Part shown: positions 19,412 to 29,765 of the stretch, one piece after another
How the letters are laid out: every line of letters begins with the position of its first letter
Position numbering within the stretch: position 1 is the first letter of the stretch
Source: Mesonia sp.
GTDB lineage: Bacteria; Bacteroidota; Bacteroidia; Flavobacteriales; Flavobacteriaceae
DNA: 64,000 nt
Assembly (NCBI RefSeq): GCF_012964435.1
Contig: NZ_DTTX01000090.1
Strand: one strand, 5' to 3'
Notes under the pieces: generated by a model
Told to the model about the DNA's origin: nothing
Seen by the model: the letters and a program-made list of their open reading frames with translations, nothing else
Database searches by the model: none
Position numbers and translations under genes: made by a program

Positions 19412-22400
19412 ATGCGCCTTCAAAACGCTACTCAGAATAACCTTAAAAATGTTTCTTTAAGCCTCCCTGAAAACCAGTTGATCGTGATTACCGGGCTTTC
19501 CGGTTCCGGTAAGTCTTCGCTAGCGATGGGTACGATCGCTAACGAAGGTTATCGTTATTTTTTAGAAAGTTTACCGGCTTACCATCAACAAAACAGTATT
19601 GCCATTCCTACGGCAGAAGTCGATGCGATTAGCGGTTTACCACCGGTAGTGAAGGTAGAACAATCTAAACGTTTTCAGTCCATCAAAGCCACTTTTGGTA
19701 CGTTGTCTGAACTCGCGCCTATTTTTAGAGTGTTATTTGCACGTTATGCCGGTAAAGAGAAGATGAGTAAATCGTTATTTTCATTTAATCATCCTCAAGG
19801 GGCTTGTGCTCAATGTCGCGGAATTGGAGAGGAAGAATATATCGATATCAACAAACTAATTGGTGACGAAAATAAAACCCTGCGTGAAGGTGCGATTGTC
19901 ACCACTTTACCTAATGGTTATATTGTGTATTCGCAAGTTACCGTTGAAGAACTCAATAAAGTTTGCCAAGCACACGGTTTTCACGTCGATATGCCTTGGA
20001 AAGACTTAAGCGAAGAACAAAAAAATGTAATTCTCTACGGCAGTGAACGCCTTCAGGTGTTTTATGGCAAACACAGCATCGAATCGCGTTTGCGTTGGCA
20101 AGGTTTTAAAGCGAAACCGCGAGAAGAAGGCTATTACAAAGGTGTGATGCCTATTATGGAAAATATTCTTCGGCTCGATCGTAACAAAAGTATTTTGCGT
20201 TTTGTGAGTTCACGAATCTGCCCCAACTGTGGCGGAGCCAGAATTAAACCGGAACACTTGGCATTTCAGTGGCACGGATTGAATTTTCAAGAATGGATGC
20301 AACTTCCGTTAACCGAACTGTATGAGCGCTTGCAAACGTTAGAACTTTCAGCAGGCGAACAGGTTTTGGTCGATAAAATGAATACCCAATTGTTTGATTT
20401 TATTCGATTGGGAATGGAGCATTACTGTTTAGCTACGCCGAGTACTGAAATTTCTTCTGGCGACGGCCAACGTATTAAGCTCATCAAGCAAGTGAACAGT
20501 AGCTTGCAAGGCATTTTGTATGTGTTCGACGAACCTTCGATTGGTCTTTCTGAAGCCTATCAAGAACATTTGCTTCATATTTTACGCCGACTCATCCGCA
20601 ACGGAAATACCGTGATGGTGGTTGAGCACGATCTCAAATTTATTCGATCGGCAGATTGGGTGGTCGAGTTAGGTCCTGGAGCGGGAATTGAAGGTGGAGA
20701 GGTTTTGTTTAATGGTCAATTAAAAGATTTTTTAACTGCGGAACATTTAACTACTCCAACTCGAAAGGCTTTTGAGCGTGATCGTTTGACTGTTGAAAAA
20801 GTTAAAGCGGTACAGCGAAAAGATTTTCAACCTCAGGTGGAAGCTTTGCATGTGATCAGTAAAAAAACGAAAGCGGTTACCGAGAAAATAATTTCTTTTT
20901 GTAAGAACAATGATTTTCAATTGCATAAGGTCGACGATCAACCTATCGGGAAAACTCCTCGAAGCAACCCTGCGACTTATACCGGTTTGGCCGATAAGAT
21001 TCGGGATTTGTTGGCAAAAACTACTGCTGCCAAAGAAGCGAAGCTCACTAAAAGTGCCTTTTCATTTAATAATAAAGCCGGGCGATGCCCACATTGTGAA
21101 GGCGCCGGCGTGATCACCTTATCGATGAGTATGCTGGGAACGGTGAATCAAACTTGTCCGCATTGTTTAGGAAAACGCTTTCAGCCTGAAGTTTTAGCAG
21201 TCACTTGGAACCAAAAAAACATTGCCGATATTTATGAGCTGAGCATCGATGAAGCACTCGATTTCTTTTCCGAAGAAAAAAAATTAGCAGCCATTTTATC
21301 GTTAATGCATCAATTGGGCTTGGGTTACCTAAAGCTTGGGCAATCCTCGAACACTTTATCGGGAGGAGAAGCGCAACGTATTAAACTCACAAAGCACTTT
21401 GCCAAATCGGCAAAGAAAACCTTGTTGTGGTTAGAAGAACCCAGTATTGGTTTGCATCAGCAAAATGTAGCCCACTTACTGGTAGCCTTGCAACAATTAA
21501 AAGCGAAAACAGCCGGAATTATTTGTGTGGAGAATCATCAACTTTTTCAGCAAGCGGCCGATGTTTGGCTCGATAACGCTGAAGCTATTCCTTATGAAGA
21601 ACCTGCACTTCCTGCGGTTCAGCAGCAAGATGTTATTTCGGTAAGAGGTGCGCGAACCCACGCTCTCAAAGATTTGAATGTTGAATTTCCGAAGCAACAA
21701 TTATCGGTGGTGACCGGTATTTCAGGTTCAGGTAAATCGTCACTGGTGATCGATACCTTGCACGGTTATGGCTTGCAAGAAATGACCAAGCAATTTTCAA
21801 GTTACGAGCAATCTCGCGTCGGCGTTAATTTTCAGCTAGAAGTGGAACATATCGAAGGTTTAACGCCTAGTATTTGCATTAGCCGAAAAGAGAAAAATTT
21901 TACCGAACGCTCCGATCTTGCTAAGCAAACCGATATTGATAAAAGTTTACGTTTTGCCTTTTCGAGAAAAGCACAGTATGAAGGAAAAGATTGGACGGCG
22001 AGTCACTTTTCTAATCAGCACGAATTAGGTAAATGTGTGGTTTGCGATGGCTTGGGAGAAGAGCAGTTGCCTGACCCGCAAAAAGTGGTGATCGATGCCA
22101 AAAAAAGCATTTCCGAAGGAGTTTTTACCCATAACAAAGCGCTGGCGTATTATGGGCAACCCGACAGTCAATATATGGCGGTGTTGAAGGAAGTAGGAAA
22201 GGCGAATGGCTTCGATTTGCTAACGCCTTTTGAAGATTTAACGCCTGCGCAACAAGAACTCATTTTTAATGGAATTCCCGATAAAAAGTGGAAAGCTACT
22301 TGGGAATTTAAAACCAAAACCCGAACCGGAACCCAAGAATTGCAGATGGTTTGGGAAGGATTGTTTACCTATTTGCGTGATGAATACCTAAAAACGCGAA

Positions 22401-23899
22401 AGAACAAACACATAAAAGCTTTGCAGGCTTTACTTTCTGCACAAACTTGTAGTCATTGTCAAGGTAGCGGCTTGAAGCCTGAGCGATTGGAAATTGAAAT
22501 TGGCGGAAAGTCGATGCACGATTTAAAATCGATGAATTTTGAAGAATTTGCTGAATTTTTAAATGAAACTTCTTCTTTCAGTAAGATTGATAAAGATCTA
22601 GTGAAGCGTTTAACCGAACATTTAAAAACCACTCTTTTACGTGCGCAGCAATTGCATATCGATTATTTACAGTTGAACCGAAAATCGAAAACGCTAAGTG
22701 GCGGTGAGCAGCAACGTGTCGCGTTGATCAAGCAATTAAATAGTCCGTTGCAAGGCGTTACTTATTTGTTAGATGAACCTTCGGCCGGTTTATCGCAAGC
22801 TAATATTCCCGATTTAATTCGGTTATTGAAAGAATTGGTAGCGAAAGGAAATACGGTGATCGTGATCGAACACCATAAAGATATCATCTTGGCTGCCGAT
22901 CGATTGTACGAGATTGGCCCAAAAGCCGGAAGTTTAGGTGGGGAGTTGATGTTTGAAGGGAGTCCGCAAGCATATTTGAAAACTGAACATTGTCATCCAT
23001 TTTTACAGCAAGCTTCTGAGGCGATTCAGCTTCAACCGGGAACAAAACAAATTCAGCTTCAGCAATTAGAAAAACACAGTTTAAAGAAAGAACACCTCGC
23101 CATTCCTGTGGGCGGAATTACCGCCATTTCCGGAAAATCGGGCGTGGGAAAAACCACGTTGGTCAAAGAAATTTTAATCCCGAGTATTGAAAGAGGAAAG
23201 CCGGTGAATTGTACGCAAATTGAATTTTCTACTAGTTATGCCGGCGTTGATTATTTTGAACCGAAAAAGTTACGCGCGCATCACAAAACCTTGTTGGTCG
23301 ATTATTTAGATCTCCTGAAAGTGATTACCAAAGTATTTGCCGATAATAGCGAAAAACCGTCTCGCTATTTTTCTTATAAAACTAAGAGCAGTCAATGCAC
23401 GAACTGCAAAGGTAAAGGATTTGTAGAAACCAGTTTAGATGTGGTGGCTAATGCTGTGGAAGTTTGTGAAGTTTGCGAAGGTAAGCGTTATCAAGCTGAA
23501 GTTTTAGCTGTGAAGGTCGAAGCGAAAAGTATTGCCGATGTTCTTGTGTTTAGCATTTCAGCATTAAAAGATTGGCTGCAAAACTTTGCTGTTAAATCTA
23601 CTACAGAAAAATTCCTTCAGCAGCTCATCGAAATTGGCTTAGGACATTTAGCGATCGATCAAGCAGTTACTTCACTCTCTTCCGGAGAAAAACAGCGTTT
23701 GTTATTGCTAAATTGGCTTCAGCAACCTGAAGAAAATCAGTTGTATATTTTAGATGAACCGAGTACCGGTTTGCATTATGCCGATATCGATTTGTTGTTC
23801 AGTATTCTTCAGCAACTCAGTACAACTAATGATTTGCTGGTGATCGATCACAATCCTTATTTGTTAGAAAAAATAGGTGTTGGGGTAGTGTTGAGATAA
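19412..23899 (+). CDS. tandem-duplicated UvrA-like ABC ATPase (about 1500 aa, four nucleotide-binding modules)
   Basis: Two UvrA-like halves. Half 1: [73 protein letters not shown]. Half 2 (from about aa 748): [69 protein letters not shown]. The ORF track starts at GTG 19388; ATG 19412 ([14 protein letters not shown]) is preferred. Confidence 0.85.
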   Translation: MRLQNATQNNLKNVSLSLPENQLIVITGLSGSGKSSLAMGTIANEGYRYFLESLPAYHQQNSIAIPTAEVDAISGLPPVVKVEQSKRFQSIKATFGTLSELAPIFRVLFARYAGKEKMSKSLFSFNHPQGACAQCRGIGEEEYIDINKLIGDENKTLREGAIVTTLPNGYIVYSQVTVEELNKVCQAHGFHVDMPWKDLSEEQKNVILYGSERLQVFYGKHSIESRLRWQGFKAKPREEGYYKGVMPIMENILRLDRNKSILRFVSSRICPNCGGARIKPEHLAFQWHGLNFQEWMQLPLTELYERLQTLELSAGEQVLVDKMNTQLFDFIRLGMEHYCLATPSTEISSGDGQRIKLIKQVNSSLQGILYVFDEPSIGLSEAYQEHLLHILRRLIRNGNTVMVVEHDLKFIRSADWVVELGPGAGIEGGEVLFNGQLKDFLTAEHLTTPTRKAFERDRLTVEKVKAVQRKDFQPQVEALHVISKKTKAVTEKIISFCKNNDFQLHKVDDQPIGKTPRSNPATYTGLADKIRDLLAKTTAAKEAKLTKSAFSFNNKAGRCPHCEGAGVITLSMSMLGTVNQTCPHCLGKRFQPEVLAVTWNQKNIADIYELSIDEALDFFSEEKKLAAILSLMHQLGLGYLKLGQSSNTLSGGEAQRIKLTKHFAKSAKKTLLWLEEPSIGLHQQNVAHLLVALQQLKAKTAGIICVENHQLFQQAADVWLDNAEAIPYEEPALPAVQQQDVISVRGARTHALKDLNVEFPKQQLSVVTGISGSGKSSLVIDTLHGYGLQEMTKQFSSYEQSRVGVNFQLEVEHIEGLTPSICISRKEKNFTERSDLAKQTDIDKSLRFAFSRKAQYEGKDWTASHFSNQHELGKCVVCDGLGEEQLPDPQKVVIDAKKSISEGVFTHNKALAYYGQPDSQYMAVLKEVGKANGFDLLTPFEDLTPAQQELIFNGIPDKKWKATWEFKTKTRTGTQELQMVWEGLFTYLRDEYLKTRKNKHIKALQALLSAQTCSHCQGSGLKPERLEIEIGGKSMHDLKSMNFEEFAEFLNETSSFSKIDKDLVKRLTEHLKTTLLRAQQLHIDYLQLNRKSKTLSGGEQQRVALIKQLNSPLQGVTYLLDEPSAGLSQANIPDLIRLLKELVAKGNTVIVIEHHKDIILAADRLYEIGPKAGSLGGELMFEGSPQAYLKTEHCHPFLQQASEAIQLQPGTKQIQLQQLEKHSLKKEHLAIPVGGITAISGKSGVGKTTLVKEILIPSIERGKPVNCTQIEFSTSYAGVDYFEPKKLRAHHKTLLVDYLDLLKVITKVFADNSEKPSRYFSYKTKSSQCTNCKGKGFVETSLDVVANAVEVCEVCEGKRYQAEVLAVKVEAKSIADVLVFSISALKDWLQNFAVKSTTEKFLQQLIEIGLGHLAIDQAVTSLSSGEKQRLLLLNWLQQPEENQLYILDEPSTGLHYADIDLLFSILQQLSTTNDLLVIDHNPYLLEKIGVGVVLR

Positions 23900-23918
23900 T
23901 ATTTTGTAGGTTAGCCTT

Positions 23919-24335
23919 ATGAAAAAAAGATATTTATTAGTATTGTTTTTACTCGGTTTTATATCCTGTTCAGATGATGATAGGGTTGAGATTGATGAAT
24001 CTTTGCTTCACGGTAGATAGTATGATGTTCAAGTTTGTGCAGAACATAATTATCTTATTTTAAATGAGGATCGTAGTTATACTCAAGTTAGTTCAGGAAA
24101 TACTTGCGATAATAATGAATATGACACTTATTTAACTTCTGGCAGTTATTCAATTCAAGGATTTGAAATTGAATTTGATAAAGATCATACAGAAAAAATA
24201 AGAGAAGGAGATTCTGCTAATCTTAGCGTAAGTAGACTTTTATTAACCTCAGAAATTACCAAGATATCTGAAGATAGCCTTTTTATTCTATATGATTATG
24301 GAAGCGATAATTTTTTAAGAAAATTATATAGATAA
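23919..24335 (+). pseudogene. small lipoprotein gene interrupted by an in-frame amber codon
   Basis: MKKRYLLVLFLLGFISCSDDDRVEIDESLLHGR, then TAG at 24018-24020. The same frame stays open for 104 more codons (YDVQVCAEHNYLILNEDRSY...KLYR) to TAA at 24333-24335. TAG is one substitution from TGG (Trp). Confidence 0.55.
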
Positions 24336-24364
24336 AAAAGAGCTAGAAATAACTAGCTCTTTTT
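24336..24364. terminator. bidirectional hairpin terminator between convergent genes
   Basis: AAAAGAGCTAG / CTAGCTCTTTT inverted repeat with a 6-nt loop, flanked by A and T runs. Confidence 0.6.
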
Positions 24365-24378
24365 AATAATGGTCTTTA

Positions 24379-27300
24379 TTAATTAAAAATAATTTTAGAA
24401 ACTCCGTAATCGGTGTGCTCACTATTTACTTTTAAGAAATATATACCTGCATTAAGATTAGGAGAAATAAGGAGGTCGTTTCTTCCTTCAACTAATTTTT
24501 TACTTACAGTATAAACTCTTTTCCCATTAATATTGTATAAACTTATAGTGGCAGATGTTTCTTTTTCACTGTATAATAAACAATTTACATCACCTTGTGT
24601 TGGGTTAGGGTAGGCAATAAACTGGTTTTTTAAGTTTAGCAGTAAATCTTCATAACCATTAGGTGCGTTTTTAGTGAACTCTACATTTTTAATTGTTAGA
24701 TCTAGATCGTTAGTACCTGCTTCTACGGGTAAAAAGGTAAAAGTTAGCATAGTTAGATCTTCTGCGGAAAGCGTTTTGTTGGTTCCTGTTGAAGAAAAGA
24801 AATTATACGGTAGGTAATAGGTTTTCTCGTCTTCTCCAACTTGGATGTTTGCTTTATATTGCTCTTCCCAATTTTCGATAGAAGATTTTAATAAGCCAAT
24901 TTCTAATAATCCGCTACCGGTAGCTGTAAATGAAATATAGTTGTAGTTGCTATAATCTGCCGGTAAATTACCGGGAAGTAAAGATTTATAAAGTGTAAGG
25001 TAATCGTACTCACTATGCGCTTTTAGCTCTACATTTCTGTGTACGGCTAATCGATCTTCCTCATAAACTCGATCAAAATTATTAGAAATAGTGTATTGCT
25101 CGATAGTGGTGTAGGTAGCATCGTAATCTAAGCCCCAGTTCCCGTCGGCGTGATAAAATACATCTTGAATTTCTCCGTTTACAAAAATTCTTCCGTCGTA
25201 CTCATAACCATCTTTAATATCTATAGTTACTTGTTGAGTTTTTTCAGATCTAAAAGGATTGTAACGAAGTGCAAAACCATTGGTTTCACTATATACTTCA
25301 TCCATAAAAATCTCTATACTTTCTCCTTGTTGAAGGCTTTTAAGTTTTAAGTTAAGCAAGGTATTCTCTCTAGTAATTTTAGCGGCATACGTACTAGGAA
25401 GTTTTTTAGTCTCATCTTGAATGATCGGGCGATAGTTGTTAATGTTGTTTAAAATATCATTAACTAACTGAATCGTACTTTCAGGTTTTGTAGACCAAAC
25501 TTGAAAGTTATATACCTCCTGAGAATTAAAATATCCGTTAACATACCAGTTGCTTTGTAGACTATAATTTTCTTCATTTTCATTTTTACCGATCGCAAAT
25601 GAAATAGCATACTCTGTCACATCATTTCGTTGCTTAATAGCTTGCATTAAAAAATGATATCCGTTGATCTCTAAAGATTGAATCTTTAAAATTTCTGCGC
25701 CTTTAAGTCGGTCACAAGAAGCTTTCGTGTGGTTGTATACATCATCAATAGTTTTTATACCTAAAACCACTGCTTTTGTTTTTCCTTCCACAGAAAAATC
25801 TACACTTAAAACTTCATTAGCAATGGTGTAATCTAAAATATCTGTAGGAGAAGATATGTTTGCAACATTACCCGGAGTTAATTCTTCCGGGAACATTTCC
25901 AATAAGGTTAGACCGTTTTGTGATCTAGCAGTCATTGATGAGCTTAATTCGCTTTTATTAAAGACTTCAGCATTCTCAAGCTTGAATTTTGTGGAAATAC
26001 TTCTTTTTTTACGCTGAATATATTGTTTAGAAACAGCATCTCCTAAACTTTCACTTTCTAAACCTCCGTCATTACCGGTATTAACCTCGTCAGACTCTAT
26101 GGTAATAGGAATGATCGTAGAATTCTCACAAGTATTATTATCTGTTGTGTGAACTGTAACTTCATAGTAACCTGCTGTTGTGAAGTCGAATGCTACGGTA
26201 CTTTGATTTGGAAACAAATTACTTGCTCCGTTAGAAACCTCCCAATAAAAATTACTGAATTGATCACTGTTGGTTAACGTAAATTCTTTCGTTACTACTC
26301 CAGAACCACTAGCTATCGTTGTTTCAGAAACAATTGCATCGATCGTTGGAAAAACTTCAACTTGAATGCTTTCTGTGTCTGAGCCATAAGCATTGGTTGT
26401 AGTTAGTGTAACTGTATAAATACCAGGAGCGCTATAGGTTTTTACCGGGCACATTGATGTACTGCTCGTACCATCACCAAAATCCCAATGATAAGAAAAT
26501 GGAGCTTCAGGTTGGTTGGTGCTTCCTGTATGAGAAGTATTATCAAAAATGAATTCGTGATCTGCGAAACATAGTTGTGCACTATTAATGTTGAAATCTG
26601 CAGTTGGTGGTACTCCTGCAACCGGTGCGCAACCAGATAAGGACGGTTGAAAAACTGCATAGTGCATTTCGCCTCCGCCGTGTACAAGTGACTTTGCAAT
26701 AACTTGACCTTCTATGTTAGATTGGTTAACTGTTTTAACGATATTTGCAAATGGCGCATAAACAGTTCCTTCAATGGTAGAATTTCCTTGAATATTTAAC
26801 GTTGTTGTATTATAGAAGTTATACAATATAAACGGACAGTTTTGAAAACCAATACCGGCTTGATTCCATACATTCCAATTGAAAGTTCCCGGAGCATCAA
26901 CATTAATAACTAAAATTTTGTTAGCACTTGGCTGCTGATTATAGGTGAAAACCTGTACGTTATTCATATCTGAACCAGTAACATTCAGGTAATTAATGCC
27001 GTTTTGTAAGTTGATCTTTACTTGATTTGGTAGATTAGTTGAGGGTATTGGTTGTCCGTTTGGGTTGGTAAGTTGAGCATTACCGGTACATTGAGAAATG
27101 CTAGCCGATAATGTTCTCATTTCTTGAAATGCACTTGCAAAATCTATAAGGTCACTTTCAAATACCGGATTGTTATTTACTCCAACATTTAATTGGTTTG
27201 AATTTGCCTGTAACATAATTCTTGGGGAAGAATTGTAGTTGCTGTTAGGTGTAATTCTAATGGGCGAAGCTGCATTGTTTTGATCGTAATACCAAACGTG

Positions 27301-27645
27301 TGAATTTTGGCTATCGCCAATCTTTATATAAGTGTTTTGGTTAACTTGAAGCGCATTGCCAGAATTGTAGTTAACTTTTCCGCCAACTAAAAGTCCAATT
27401 CTGTTGCCGCCAACTTCAAAATCACCCGTATAATTGGTTGCTACTTGATAATTTCCTTGAAGATTCAAGTTTTTACCAATAGCCATAGGTCCGTCTGTTT
27501 CATTGGTAATTAATGTTGCATTATTTTCAATGAAAACATTGAAATTTTCAGAAGGAAGTGTTGGGCTTTGCGCTAAACAGAAAGAGTTAAACGCTAAAAA
27601 TAAAGCTAAAAGGATATAGCTGTTAGAACTGTATTTTTGTTTCAT
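24379..27645 (-). CDS. large secreted adhesin-like protein with PKD domain(s) and T9SS C-terminal sorting domain
   Basis: 1088 aa with a signal peptide. The N-terminal segment resembles the choice-of-anchor-A domain (FNVFIENNATLITNETDGPMAIGKNLNLQGNY). PKD signature YHWDFGDGTSS. C-terminal AYPNPTQGDVN...LYNINGKRVY...GIYFLKV is typical of a type-A T9SS CTD. Confidence 0.8.
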   Translation of the reverse strand: MKQKYSSNSYILLALFLAFNSFCLAQSPTLPSENFNVFIENNATLITNETDGPMAIGKNLNLQGNYQVATNYTGDFEVGGNRIGLLVGGKVNYNSGNALQVNQNTYIKIGDSQNSHVWYYDQNNAASPIRITPNSNYNSSPRIMLQANSNQLNVGVNNNPVFESDLIDFASAFQEMRTLSASISQCTGNAQLTNPNGQPIPSTNLPNQVKINLQNGINYLNVTGSDMNNVQVFTYNQQPSANKILVINVDAPGTFNWNVWNQAGIGFQNCPFILYNFYNTTTLNIQGNSTIEGTVYAPFANIVKTVNQSNIEGQVIAKSLVHGGGEMHYAVFQPSLSGCAPVAGVPPTADFNINSAQLCFADHEFIFDNTSHTGSTNQPEAPFSYHWDFGDGTSSTSMCPVKTYSAPGIYTVTLTTTNAYGSDTESIQVEVFPTIDAIVSETTIASGSGVVTKEFTLTNSDQFSNFYWEVSNGASNLFPNQSTVAFDFTTAGYYEVTVHTTDNNTCENSTIIPITIESDEVNTGNDGGLESESLGDAVSKQYIQRKKRSISTKFKLENAEVFNKSELSSSMTARSQNGLTLLEMFPEELTPGNVANISSPTDILDYTIANEVLSVDFSVEGKTKAVVLGIKTIDDVYNHTKASCDRLKGAEILKIQSLEINGYHFLMQAIKQRNDVTEYAISFAIGKNENEENYSLQSNWYVNGYFNSQEVYNFQVWSTKPESTIQLVNDILNNINNYRPIIQDETKKLPSTYAAKITRENTLLNLKLKSLQQGESIEIFMDEVYSETNGFALRYNPFRSEKTQQVTIDIKDGYEYDGRIFVNGEIQDVFYHADGNWGLDYDATYTTIEQYTISNNFDRVYEEDRLAVHRNVELKAHSEYDYLTLYKSLLPGNLPADYSNYNYISFTATGSGLLEIGLLKSSIENWEEQYKANIQVGEDEKTYYLPYNFFSSTGTNKTLSAEDLTMLTFTFLPVEAGTNDLDLTIKNVEFTKNAPNGYEDLLLNLKNQFIAYPNPTQGDVNCLLYSEKETSATISLYNINGKRVYTVSKKLVEGRNDLLISPNLNAGIYFLKVNSEHTDYGVSKIIFN

Positions 27646-27709
27646 AAGGTTGAATTAGAAAGCAAATATACTATATAGTTCGTTATCAGGGAAGTATTTT
27701 ATTTGGCAC

Positions 27710-29620
27710 CTAATTATTCTGAATTAACTTCTTTTTAGTAGGAATATACTCAGGAACTAACATCTTAAGATTGTCTAAAGCACAACTTTCATTATTTTTT
27801 TTGATATTCTCTTCTAAGTTGGTAAGTAACTCAATTTTAGATTTATCAAATTGGTGTGAGGCTTTGGCGATTAAGATTTTTTCGTGATGTGTAGGTAAGG
27901 TTAATTCTTTATCTGCCAATAATTCTTCATATAGTTTTTCCCCTGGTCTTAGACCTGTAAATTCTATTTTTATATCGACATTAGGAGTTAATCCGGTTAA
28001 ACGAATCATATGATGAGCTAAGTCAATAATTTTTATAGGAGAGCCCATATCAAAAACATAAATTTCCCCTCCTTTACCCATTGCTCCGGCTTCAAGTACC
28101 AATTGGCAAGCCTCATCTATCGTCATAAAAAAGCGAGTAATTTCTGGATGAGTTACAGTCACCGGGCCATTATTTTCTATTTGCTTTTTAAAATGAGGGA
28201 TGACCGAGCCATTTGAACCAAGCACATTGCCAAAACGAGTGGTGATAAATGAGATATTATTTTCGAGGTTATAAGCAAGCGATTGAATATAAAGTTCTGC
28301 AGCTCTTTTTGTAGCTCCCATAATGTTGGTTGGGTTTACCGCTTTGTCTGTTGAAACAAAAACAAATCTCTCTACTTGATGCTTAATAGATAAATCTGCT
28401 ATATTTTTTGTGCCTTTAAAATTGACGCTAAGAGACTCTACGGGATTTGCTTCCATCATCGGTACGTGTTTGTATGCGGCACCGTGAAAAACAACTTCAG
28501 GTAGATAGGTTTTAAAAACTTCATCTAAGCGTTTTTTATCTCTTACATTCGCTATAACACTATTGAATAAAAGATCTGGGTAGTTTTTATTTAATTCGAC
28601 TTTTAATTCGTGAAGAGGTGTTTCTGCTTGATCGAGCAGGATTATTTTTTCAGGATTAAAATTAATTAATTGCCTAACAATTTCGCTACCTATTGACCCG
28701 GCTGCACCTGTTACTAGAATCGTTTTATTCTCATAAATACTTAGGAGCTTATTATTGTTCAATTTTATTGGGTTTCTTTGGAGTAAATCTTCAATTTTAA
28801 TTTCCTTTAAATTCTTAAAATCTGAGTGATCCCAGTCTTGTAATTTAGGAAGTTTGTAAATTTTAATTTTTAGTTCAAGAAGTTGAGACACTAAATTTTT
28901 CGAAGAATTAGACTGGATCTCCTGTAATCTGTCATCACTTACAATCACAGCCTTGGCATAATGTGTAGAGTTTTTAATTTGTTCAAGATCATAAATAGGT
29001 AAATTAAAGATCCTGTTTCTAGTTTTATTTTCATTAATATTAATGAAGCCGATTACATTAAATGAACCAGAATTTTGTGAGACTAGACCCTCTGCCATTG
29101 CAACATCTGATACAGATGTACCAAGTATGTATGCTTTTTTTAAAGGTTGTTTGCTAGAATTAATAATTTCGTATACTCTTTTTACGCTAATTCTAAAGAA
29201 AAATAACAAAGAATAGGCAATAAAACCATAAATAAAAATTCCTGCGTCAACAATTAATTTATGTTGAAATAAATAATAGTCTACTCTGTTTATCAATAAA
29301 ACCGTTATCACACAACTCATTGTTACTTGTAGTTGTTTGATAGCATCTTTGAAACTAGAATATCTTACTAAACCAATAAAAGACTTAAAAATGAAAAAGT
29401 AAACGCTTTGGACCAGTAATATTCCAAATAATTCAGGCGATAAATTATTATAAGATAAACCATTTGGTTGAAGTGACGACACAAAAAAGTAGGCTGTGTT
29501 AGCAGCGATCAAACAAAGGAATAGATCTATAGAGAAGATAATCCAACGTGGCACGTAGTTTTTAACAACCCGTCTTCCCAGTCTTACAATCGAGATTTTT
29601 ATTTGTAAAATTTTTTCCAC
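27710..29620 (-). CDS. membrane-bound nucleotide-sugar 4,6-dehydratase (CapD/WbpM/PglF family)
   Basis: Four N-terminal TM helices, Rossmann motif VTGAAGSIGSE and catalytic-region string MGATKRAAELY. GTG start. Divergent from wza. Confidence 0.85.
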   Translation of the reverse strand: MEKILQIKISIVRLGRRVVKNYVPRWIIFSIDLFLCLIAANTAYFFVSSLQPNGLSYNNLSPELFGILLVQSVYFFIFKSFIGLVRYSSFKDAIKQLQVTMSCVITVLLINRVDYYLFQHKLIVDAGIFIYGFIAYSLLFFFRISVKRVYEIINSSKQPLKKAYILGTSVSDVAMAEGLVSQNSGSFNVIGFININENKTRNRIFNLPIYDLEQIKNSTHYAKAVIVSDDRLQEIQSNSSKNLVSQLLELKIKIYKLPKLQDWDHSDFKNLKEIKIEDLLQRNPIKLNNNKLLSIYENKTILVTGAAGSIGSEIVRQLINFNPEKIILLDQAETPLHELKVELNKNYPDLLFNSVIANVRDKKRLDEVFKTYLPEVVFHGAAYKHVPMMEANPVESLSVNFKGTKNIADLSIKHQVERFVFVSTDKAVNPTNIMGATKRAAELYIQSLAYNLENNISFITTRFGNVLGSNGSVIPHFKKQIENNGPVTVTHPEITRFFMTIDEACQLVLEAGAMGKGGEIYVFDMGSPIKIIDLAHHMIRLTGLTPNVDIKIEFTGLRPGEKLYEELLADKELTLPTHHEKILIAKASHQFDKSKIELLTNLEENIKKNNESCALDNLKMLVPEYIPTKKKLIQNN

Positions 29621-29765
29621 AAAAGAAAAATTAATAATTAATTATTTGTTTGATTCAGTTTTAAAATAAAAGCCTTTTCTTTGTTTTTTGTTCTTCTGTG
29701 GGAGATTGTTTTTAAGAGGCAAATCTACATTTTTTTAATATTAAAAGTTATATATATTTGCTTTT

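Noticed and set aside
20747-21700. Small ORFs (64-67 aa, both strands) inside the UvrA-like gene
   Set aside because: They are shadow ORFs within a continuous 1503-codon frame that carries conserved ABC and zinc-finger motifs throughout.
25150-26699. 66-aa plus-strand and 85-aa minus-strand ORFs inside the T9SS adhesin gene
   Set aside because: They are antisense or off-frame to the long frame that carries the PKD and T9SS CTD motifs.
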